Source: Basidiobolus meristosporus CBS 931.73 (lineage: Eukaryota; Fungi; Basidiobolomycota). From it: a stretch of DNA of 64,000 nt. Shown here piece after piece: positions 23,900 to 34,100 of this stretch. The DNA is taken from the NCBI GenBank assembly GCA_002104905.1, contig MCFE01000008.1:1-64000 (forward strand), in the 5' to 3' direction. Numbering within the stretch: position 1 is the stretch's first letter; every line of letters begins with the position of its first letter. The translations under genes were made by a program, and so were the position numbers. The notes under the pieces are model-generated. The model had not been told where the DNA came from. It searched no databases and saw only the letters and a program-made list of their open reading frames with translations.

Positions 23900-24439
23900 T
23901 CAGTTTAACAGAAAGTTCAGGTCCATCTGAGATGACCCTTCGGTATCTGAGGAGTGCACCGTCGCTGAAGAATGCTGAATTGTATGCTGGTGGAAGGGGT
24001 CGAAATCAAAACTATTTTGAACAGGCTCCGGAAGCGTGACTAGTGAGTTGCTGGGCTTCTCTGACTTCGAGCTGCTGTCGCGAGTGGCTTCCTTTTTTGG
24101 CTGTGCTTCGTCTTTGGGATAGAAGAAACTATTCTCGTAATAAAATAAGGTCCCGCTTAATGGTTCGTCTCCTTGAGACTGACTCTGAGCCATGTTGGTG
24201 TGAATAGTGACGTGTCGGGCGAGCTGGTCACTTCGAGCAAAGCTCTTTTGGCAGTTTGGGTGTGTGCAATAGAAGGGCCGCTCACCAGTGTGTGTTCTAT
24301 AATGGCGTTTTAAATTATCCAGGCGGCCAAAGGTCTTATCGCAGATAGTGCATGAATATTGGCGATTTGAACGGGGACTTGTTTGTCGCGAAGGAGGTTT
24401 GTCGAGTTCCGGGCTGTGTACGCGGCCAACCATAGGCAT
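23900..24439 (-). CDS. Two-finger C2H2 zinc-finger transcription factor, paralog ZF5
   Basis: CTIC..FGRLDNLKRHYRTH-TGERPF-CTHPNC..FARSDQLARHVTIH; ends QMDLNFLLN; intronless. Confidence 0.92.
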   Translation of the reverse strand: MPMVGRVHSPELDKPPSRQTSPRSNRQYSCTICDKTFGRLDNLKRHYRTHTGERPFYCTHPNCQKSFARSDQLARHVTIHTNMAQSQSQGDEPLSGTLFYYENSFFYPKDEAQPKKEATRDSSSKSEKPSNSLVTLPEPVQNSFDFDPFHQHTIQHSSATVHSSDTEGSSQMDLNFLLN

Positions 24440-25542
24440 AAGGAGAGAAATTAAAGTTACAAGAAAATGTAAAGCAAAGAGACTAACAGCTAGTAATTAG
24501 ACTCATTATAAGGGATGAGAAAAGGTACCACGATGCAGTTTTATATTGGTGGGTAGTTGATCTGTGATCGACCTCAGGTTTGTCCCGATCAATCTTCTTT
24601 GCCTAATGAGTGTGTTGGTGTGATGAATTCATAACTTACCATCCTCATATCGAATAGCTAAAAAAGGAAAACATGCACTTTTGCTGCTTTGGCTAAGCGT
24701 GCTTTAACTCAGGTATTTCTTTGCGTGTTAAAATATGGAAAATTCCTCGATTAAGAAATACTACCATACAGAGTAATCCCTTAATATAATTTACAGTTTT
24801 CAAATATGACACTGTGCTTACTAGTGGTAAGTATAGTCACTCACAATATGTTGGAGCTACGTTGGTTCTACAGCTACCAAAATCATCTGAGTAATCAGTG
24901 GTGATGAATGCCGGCTGGCTTGATAAGGTGATTCTCCCCATGATTTTGGATACCGTTAGCGTGAATGTGTAACAGGGAATATTCCAACTCCATTTGCAAG
25001 TGTCCTCCTTTCATAAAGGGGTAAATTTCTAGTACTCTAGCACCTACTCAACCCCAGCGTTCTGAAAACCTTCCTGAATCTCTGCATTATTACTGTTTTA
25101 TTGACACTCAATCTCGGATGAACTGGTGGTTATGCAATAAACCCAAAATGAGGTTGTTTTCACGACATCAACGTAAGAACATGGGATAAATAGCAATCCA
25201 ATATGTGCAATCAAATCGACGTAGGATGAGAATAAACCGGTCTTCTTGAATCTCCCATCTTGTGTAAACAGCTGTGGAGTTGATTCTCACATTCGTTCTA
25301 TGAAAGCCCTTGTTTCGCGGCAATACGCCACTATCCACTGAAGCCACTGCTGGATACAAGGCGGGATGCCTCGCCTCTGGGTTATCATGTTCACTTTTAA
25401 TCACTGAGATTAATTTGTCTGTAATCATCCTTCGGATACGTTTACTGGCTGTGGCTTCAAATCCGCCATGTACATTTATCATAAATCAATTCATGTAATG
25501 ACGTGGATAAAATAACGAACCTTTTCTCCAGGCTCTCCGAGA

Positions 25543-26992
25543 ATGCCGACACCTTCTATTTTGCGTATTAAGCTTGGGCCGCGGACTCGCTCGTATCTCC
25601 TCTCGTGTGGCTGTAGAGCATTAACCATAACCTTTTCCCTTATTTTCCTGATAACCTTTGTGACGCTTGTCAAGTATCATGCAACTCCTTCCTCCGAAGA
25701 CTACTCTAAACTTACTTTCGATTGGAAGGTAGATCCTTCAAAGTATTTAAGAACGTACGATAGAGATTTCGGCTCCTACAACATTATAATGGACGGACAT
25801 ACTCATACAGTCTATTCGGACGGGAGGTTAACCCCGGAACAGATTATTCAGCTATCTATTGGTAACTGCTAATATAGAAAGCGACTGCGATTCATATTTT
25901 AACGTTGCAATAACAAAAATAGCAAACGGATACAACGCAATCGTAGTGTCCGACCATAACACTATTGACGGGGGGCTGGAAGCTCAAAGAATCGCCCAGG
26001 AAAAGTACAAAGACCAAATAATAGTTATACCGGCCCAGGAGTACAGGTACAGTCTTTATGAGCCTTGTGTGCTCCTTCGCTTACTAACCCCTGACTGCAG
26101 TTCTTGTCGCATTCATATGAATTTTCTCAATATCAATGAGACTATCCCATTTGGGCCCCCGTTCCCAACGAACGAAGACCTACGTAAGGCTATCGATCGA
26201 GTTCATGAGCTGGGAGGACTGGCAGTTGTTAATCATATTCCCTGGTCCAACGCAACCACATATGGGTATCAAGTGGCAACACTCCCCAATCACCCATCAC
26301 GTGAGGAGCTGATGGATATGGGAATTGACGGTATCGAGGTCATCAATGGCAATACGTTTGATCTTCAGAGTCTAGATTTTGTTGAGGAGCATCCGAATCG
26401 CTTTTTCACCATCACTGGTGGTGATGTTCATTACCCAGGGGCAGCTTATGCCTGGACTGTGATGAAGACTGCGAATTTCAGTGCGGCAAGTATTATAGAG
26501 GAACTAAAGAACCGTAGGACCTCCTTTTTATTCGATCCAACAGGGACTCGTCCACGTGTTTACGCACCGATGAATCCCGCTTTTAAGAGAATCGCCCCAC
26601 TGACATATCTTGGGAACTATTTCGGGAACTTCTATGACGATAACCGGGGTATGTACTCGTTCCAAGGGAGCTTTTGTCAGCCTTCACACTTCACTGTGCA
26701 CAAATCGATGTTCTTCTATTTTGTACTCTACGCATTGGCGTTCTTCCTGACATTCGAGGTGACTAGAGCTGGTGTTATCGCCATCTCAATTTTTGGCGGA
26801 AACCAGCTTCGAAATTGGTATAACAAACATAGAGGCAGAAGTACAGGTAGAGGGATCCCTGTTCCATCCGAAGATCATACACAGGATTTGCTATTGCAAA
26901 CACCGGATTCCTCAAGACCAGCATCTCCTGCCAGCTCATTACCTGAGTCATTAACAGGTAACCAACCCCACTCGCCAGAAGAGAGGGTGTAA
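25543..26992 (+). CDS. Membrane-anchored PHP-family (polymerase/histidinol phosphatase-like) phosphoesterase
   Basis: Motifs DGHTHTVYSDG, VSDHN, QEY, NHIPW, GIDGIEV, GGDVH; N-terminal and C-terminal hydrophobic helices; two predicted introns (from ~25863 and ~26047) join ORFs 25543..25872 and 25859..26992. Confidence 0.85.
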
Positions 26993-27723
26993 CTCAAGAG
27001 GTGGCAAACCCTTTTCAGATTGTTGATGTCTGGATATCGGATCTTATCAGCTGCCCTTATATCTCATTATTCTGAAGCCAGTAGACCAATATGTATTCTG
27101 ATCGTCCATCATGTAAATAAGATGATGGCTATTTTCAGTTACATGGGGAAGTTTCAGCACGGTGCCCATTTGAACTTGTGCTCAACACGTTTTGAATAAA
27201 AACGAAAACCAAATATCATCGAATAGTAGGGTTTTATGTAAGGGATCATGATGCTGGCTCTTGGCTGATTGGGGCATCCGCAATTCCGGAGGCTTAGAGA
27301 TTATGTAGGAAATGCATATCTGTACGACTCTGACTCGGAATATGAGTGATGGCAAATGCACCTTTAGTGCGTATCTACACTGACAACAGAACAGTAGCCA
27401 GGTAGGCTGCTTGCTGCTAGGCGCTTTGACCAACTCCACCGAACACGTAGAATCGTAGTTCTGTACTCGCAGTTGTGTACTCGTAAATAGCCAAAACCGT
27501 CCGATATGCTAAATGCAGACGAATCTTTGTACTAACTTCAATAATCCCAACAAACAGTAACCAACAAACATCGAATTGGAACTAGATTCGGCGAACAATA
27601 GAGAATTATGCCAGGAATGAAACAACGCCCCAATGCTAATGTGCAGCGTGCTGAATGACGATGGAGTTGAAGTCATACCGGTATCAATCATGTGGATATT
27701 GGGGCGTTTGGGCGTACCAAGCT

Positions 27724-27799
27724 AAACCTGCTTCTTCTCTCTTTGGGCGAACCAAGTTAAACCTGTTTATCCTCTCACTTGTTAAAGCTAAACCTGCTT
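27724..27799. promoter_or_regulatory. Cluster of three Grainyhead-like sites upstream of the Grainyhead gene
   Basis: AAACCTGCTT (27724), AAACCTGTTT (27759) and AAACCTGCTT (27790), close to the GRH/CP2 consensus AACCGGTT. Confidence 0.4.
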
Positions 27800-28581
27800 A
27801 TCCTCTCACTCCCCCTTGGTTGTTTTCTTTGATTGGGAGGCGTGAGATGAGCCGAACCTTAAGTGAATGCTCCTTGCTAATTTGCAAACATATTTCGTTG
27901 CTAGATCCAGCCATGCAACTCCTGATTCCAACCTGAATGGTCAACCTTTGTCAACACCAATGGAGATAATGAGGACAGTTTGACTGAAAACGAGTTTGAT
28001 GGATGTCAACTCCCTGCAATCATGAACCGGAGAACAATCCATTCGATTAAAGGTAAGACTAATTTGATTGTAAGATGGAAGCCTCAACTTCCTGCCTCCT
28101 GACTGCCTAGTTGGTGCTGCTGACCCGATTCATTGTGTTCGGTTACTCAGCGTATTGCTGATGATCTGTATATTTTTTGGTGTAGATTATGGATATTTTG
28201 CCGCGATGCTCTTCCAGCCAGTACATATTATCCACAATCTTCTAGCTAGCACGCTCCGGATGTTATCCACAATCTTCCAGTTTTGATCACTTATATAAGA
28301 AGCTCATAACCTGTCCAAGTCATGAATTTCACTTTTGAATCCTCTGCTTCTCCTTCACCTACCATTACCTGTTTCCCATACCGACTTCCAACGTCAGTCA
28401 GCATTGGCGATTCCTTGCATACCACCCAAGTCAATCCAGTAACCGGAAAAATCGCGTAGCATTTTCGTGTGGGGTTTATTTTGTACAAACAACATTTCGT
28501 TCTCCGAACATCTGCCTACACTTCAGCCTATCATTACATGGTCAACATCGAGCGGCACTATATTTCCCAGCCATCAGGTGG

Positions 28582-30530
28582 GTGGATATTCCATTCTCTC
28601 GCAACACCCACGCGTGCATTAATGCCGGTTCATTTCCAGACGAATATAGTAGACAACCAGGCAAAGGGTTTGCTAACTTTCCTTACATGAACTCCAACGC
28701 CCAGTACGGTTTCCAACAGCACTTTCAGGGAGTTGACTCACGGTCAGTATTGGTCTCCTCTACCTTCAACGCCGAATGCATTTTCTAACCAAACTGTGCC
28801 GCTTCTTAGTCAACATTTGGTACACCAGTATAAAAGTGAGTCTATATTTCCGGACTCCAGCCAGCAACATTCCTTCCTTGGCCATTCCCAGCTGCTAAAT
28901 CATTCCTCGCTCCCTTCTGTGACCAACGGACAACTCAGTTCATATGGAACGCCTATGCAACATCTCCATGCTGGACATGGGAATCAAGTCCAGCATTCGG
29001 AGCTACATATGCACCAACACCTGAACCACCAATCGCACTACACGCAATCTCCTACTGAGAATATTTCAAACCAAGAATCACCGTTTAGCATGAATTCCAC
29101 TCCCCAATCTAGCGCGCAAGTCAATCCAAATTCGTAAGTACACTCGTCAATTCTGCGGCTCTAATTTTGTCGGTACTAAGCTTCATCGATATTCAGGAAC
29201 ATTCGATTCAGTATTAGCCTGGAGGCTCAAACAGCTGCTGCGCAACGGGTGGATGAAACTCCATTAACCTACTTAAATAAGGGTAAGCAGCCTGATCCAA
29301 ATTGGCGCTGGTTTGTGGACACGGAGTAATTTTGATTTGCCTAATGCTAGGCCAGTACTATGTGATCTCCCTCACCGATAATGATCATGCGGACACTGAT
29401 CTAACTAGCACCCTGAGAATGGCATTCCACGATGATACGCATCGAAAACTGGCGGGAACCTATTGGCAATTCTGGGCTTCCCAGCAGAACTCGCCAAAAA
29501 CCGCAAGAGCACTGGATATAGGTAGGTGGTTCTTTGAGCCGTGATTGACCAGGGTGTTAACACGCCGTTTCGTTGATAGACAAAGCAGCATCCACTGGGG
29601 TAAAGAACGTTGACTGCCCGACCTTTGACAAAGTGACCTTCCAATGGAATGGACGAAAAAGCGCCAAAATCTATGTTAAATTCAACTGTCTGTCCACCGA
29701 TTTCTCCCGCATCAAGGGTGTGAAGGGGATTCCTCTGCGTATTACTATGGAGACCAAAGCCAGTGAAAGTAACCTGTTCTCCGAAAGATCGTTTGCAAAG
29801 GTGAAGCTATTCCGAGATAAGGTATGTGGAGCCACGCATCGTTTACACTGTAGCCCAAGATGCTGACCTATCACACCAGGGTGCCGAGAGAAAGAACAAG
29901 GATGATCAGAGGCATCTTGAGAAAATCTGGGAAAAAATGAGAGGAAAACAACACGACGCAAACCCATTGTTAATGATGTTTGCTCCAGTGAGTCAGGTTA
30001 CTTTATTCGTGGAGAATCTCGTTAACGATCCTTTCGACAGTGAGGAGGTGGTTATTGGTACAGATGATGATGATGTAGAGTCTTCAGGGAAAAGAAAAAG
30101 ACTAGAGATGGCTGGCACTGAGCTAGCCGATCTTTCCGGACTCAATGCTACATATAGCACCCCAACGCGCAAGAGAAGAGCTGGTCGGTATTCTGTGAAT
30201 CAAATCAACGGGCTTCTTGGCACTTGCGCTTACACTCCATCTTTTTCTATTGTAGTATTATGTATTTACGTAAAATTCATCGGAGAAAATGTACACCGTG
30301 CAGTTTACCTTGAACGCCTTACTGTTCAAGACTTGATAGAGAAGCTCGCAGATAAGATGAGCTTGCAGGCGCAGAACGTGTATACAGTATTCCGAGTGAC
30401 AAGTAAAGGACTTTTCGTACGAGTAGACGATACAGTGATATCGCAGATGAACGATGAGCAAGACATGGAGGTGGAGTACGAACGAGATGAAAGCAATGAA
30501 GAAAGTATCACCTTAAAACTGAAGTTCTAA
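28582..30530 (+). CDS. grhl: Grainyhead/CP2-family transcription factor (multi-exon; 5' end uncertain, may start near 28022)
   Basis: Spliced CP2 domain SLEAQTAAAQRVDETPLTYLNKGQYY...FNCLSTDFSRIKGVKGIPLR...KVKLFRDKGAERKNKDD; C-terminal dimerisation region LCIYVK...AVYLERLTVQDL; Q/H/S-rich N-terminus. Confidence 0.9.
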
Positions 30531-31142
30531 ACCAAACATCCATAAGCATGTGGTATCTTTTCATACCCAAGACTATACATATACGCTACACAGGCACCTA
30601 AATAGTTTCTGTATACATTGATCATTGTTGAATACCTAGGCTTCACCTTCACTATATCCTTACCCCCAAGCTCACATTACATACGCTATATCGTCAATTT
30701 GGGATTGTCGTGATTCTAGTATCATACCTAATGTTGAGCGTGCTACTAATGTAAATAACAAAAGCAAAATACATCGTAGTCCATCACAGAGTCCATAATG
30801 CACAACGGATACAAATGCTTACTCCAGAATTGTACCAAATCCATGAATCTTGGGGAATATGCTGGCATGGTTGTAGCCGGGGAAAAATGCCATGAAGCAA
30901 AGGACAGATTCGAGCTCCTAGTGGCTGATGGATTGTCAGGGAAATTGGGTGTCATCCAAAAATCCGTGGTACTCCCATCGGTCGTAATCAAAACCGATCT
31001 CCGTTTTCACTATTTTCCTATTCCAGGGCAGCAACCAACAAGTGCCAGTATTTTTGGAAGGTTGTGAACAGTGTCCAGCAGTAGATTCCATCTCCGGGTT
31101 TTATTCAAAGGGGTACTTTTACAAGAAACAACTCCATAGTGT

Positions 31143-34100
31143 ATGAGTGGCTCACGAAGAGGACGTCCGCAACATCCACGCCAAAAGCAAGTCCGAGTTG
31201 AGACACGTGGAAGCGACACACGTTTCGACTCTCGAGGTACTTTAGTTATCGTGCTTCGTCAAGGGGGGAATCTCGACTGAACCTAATTTTCCCCGTTTTC
31301 GGAATGCTTCTCGATCGATCCTTTTCTTCTATTAGAACAAATCCACCATTTATTGTTGAAAATCTTACGCGAGGACGGGGACGTTTCATATTCAAGAAGA
31401 ATAAATGCCACGAGTCAACTCGCTTCGTGGATTTCTCAGTTAAATAGAAGTGAGCTCACACAAACTGGCGAATTGCTCCTAGGCTATGGTAACGTACCCG
31501 GTCTGGAGGCGGCTCTTGAAGACAACAGGTTAGTGGGAGTGGGCGAAACGTTAACACGTATTTCAGCAGCACGATCTGATTTCTTGTTCAAAACACCAAT
31601 TCATTGATACTCTTCTCGGTGACAAAGAGCACCCGAGAGCTTTTTGCAAGCAGTTACGCAATGCATTTCGTTGATCGGTGTGGGCTTGGGAATAGAAGCC
31701 GGGCCTTACTTTCAATGGACCATCGAACACCTTAATTGGAATACTCCTAGCGCACCACCGGCCATGCTCGAGAAGGAAAAAGAGAAGAAGAAATGGCTTC
31801 TAGTCGCTTTAGGCCAGGTAAAGGAGCACCGATTCGAAGTGATGCGTGTGGGGGATGTGTGTAGTAAACTAATATTTTCCTTTCAAAGACAATTGACAAT
31901 GCTTCTGTAAACGGAGCGTATGACCAGGAATCCACGGCCGCATTTCAGCATTTTATCGCCAATGTCCTGTACGACCTACAAGTATACCTCAACACTTCCG
32001 ACTCCATGGACTGCTTTACAAACGCTTTGGATGTCATGGAGATTATTGGAAGGAAGTATCCTACCGTCTTCTCCGTGACTTTTCAGGTAATTGGCTATGC
32101 ACAAGTTCACTGTTTCTTGCGTAACTAATTCGTGAGGTTGTAGGATACGGTCGAATTATTGATTGGCTGGTACATAGATATCAATGTGCCAAACGCAGTG
32201 AAAATGAAAATATCAGGTAAGTGCACGTTAACCCGTCCCCAATACGCCGATGACGAGAGTAATGGTTATCCTCCCGTAGACCTGTTCATGAGCCTCGACT
32301 TTTGTTGGAGAAATCATTTCTCATTTGCAATTCAACTCCTGAAGCACTTCCTGAGCGATTTGGAGACCTCCTTACCCACATTGGAGGCTGATGGCGACCC
32401 GGTTACACATCTATCCTTGTTGAGGTATGTTTTCATGGCGTGATTAGTGTATGCTAGTTATTCACTTGTGGAAACAGGTGTTTCCAGCTGGTCTTCTGCT
32501 CCATCGCCCCGTGCATCGCGGTTGAACCAGTGTCAGCGGACGAATCTCTACCCATCGAACCACCACCGGCCTTTTTCGATGAACTGGAGCGTATTCGCAC
32601 ATCTATCATCAAATTTATTTACGACATCGGGACTAGGTGCAAAGATTACCAGTGGATATCGGAATGTAAGGTGGCGGTAGTGCGGAAACATTTGACGTGG
32701 CATTAACCCGTTTGCTATTTATGTTAGCTAACCATCTAATCCTTCAAATGAGCAAACTGCGTAAACGTCTGTTCTACTACCATCAACCAATGGCCATTCA
32801 ATGTATCTTAATGGAGTTGGAAATCATTCAGGAGATTCCATCTCCTGAATCACGAAGCCTTGTTGTTCATTGGTTTCGCAAGTTTGACGAGGTAATTCTA
32901 CAATCCACTTGAGATTTCTTGCGCTTCTCTAACCCGTGTTTATGCAGACTATTCGTGAATGGATGCCCAAATTTCATCTCACAGTGTTGCCCCTTTTACT
33001 CAGACCTCAGGCTACGCTCATGCAAGCTCGGTTGATTTATCAAGACGACTCGAGAGTCAGAAACGGGGTGCTGGATATCCTACGACTGGTGATTAAATCG
33101 GCGGATTGTAATCTAAAACATGTGCCGGCGAGTTCAGTGCACGATCTTATTAGCGAGGGGATAACTCTATTCCAAAGCTACATTGCTGGACAGCAGCCAG
33201 AAGCCGAATTCGTGGTTCTACAAGAGATGCTATACGAGGTTGAAGGGGCAAGAATCACGGACATAAGACAACTGTTTGAGGAAGCATGCGAGAAGAAGGG
33301 CGAGTTGCTGCAGTCCATGAGCCCTAGACATGCTCATACGATATTCGTGATGAATGGTTTGATATTGGCAGAATTAGTCAAGGCATTCCCTTCTTATTTC
33401 GAGCATGTCTTTTATTATGTAATTATCCTGTTGTTGAATACACCTAATCCAGTTGACACTTCCATGAATGAACTCCGAAATGGAATGTTGCTCATTTTAG
33501 AACAGCTCTGTCAGAGCCAAAACAACTTCATGTCCAGTACAAGTCACAGCAGCTCTTCCCAGCCTAACATCTCCGAGGACAGGCTTGAAATTATCGCAAA
33601 CCTGATCGGAGTCATACTTCGTACGCGGGAAACGCACGCGAACACAAAATGCATCTTGATCTCTTGGATTGGAAAAATCGTCGATTCTTTTGCAAACCAG
33701 CCTGGCACTAACAACGGCTCCAACCATTCCTGCAGGCTGTTAACTTCCTTGATTAGCGATATCCTTAGTCAACATGGTATGTGGTTAGATTTGAGTTAGT
33801 CCAAGACTACCTGTGCTTATGTTAATGTAATATCAGACTTTAATCTAGTCTTCCGCAAAAGCCACTTGAATATCATCAAGCAATTCGTGATACAATGTGG
33901 AAATCGAGTGGAGAGCGAACCAATCTTCAGAAAATTGCTGGAATGGTAAGGCTCTTTGGTAACGCCTGGTACTTGTGAATGTGACCTCATCCTGTTATTT
34001 ATAGTTCATATGTGTCAGAGCCAAGTGTCCACAACGAGCTCATCCAGATAATGAGCTATTTTGATCCACTATTGACCATGACCTTCAGTGGACCTTCCGA

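Noticed and set aside
28228-28271. Two TTATCCACA (bacterial DnaA-box consensus) motifs
   Set aside because: Eukaryotic, intron-containing context; they are part of a short local duplication (ttatccacaatctt).
30600-31100. Possible small spliced gene divergent from SMG1
   Set aside because: Several splice-like signals, but no consistent exon chain giving a recognisable protein.
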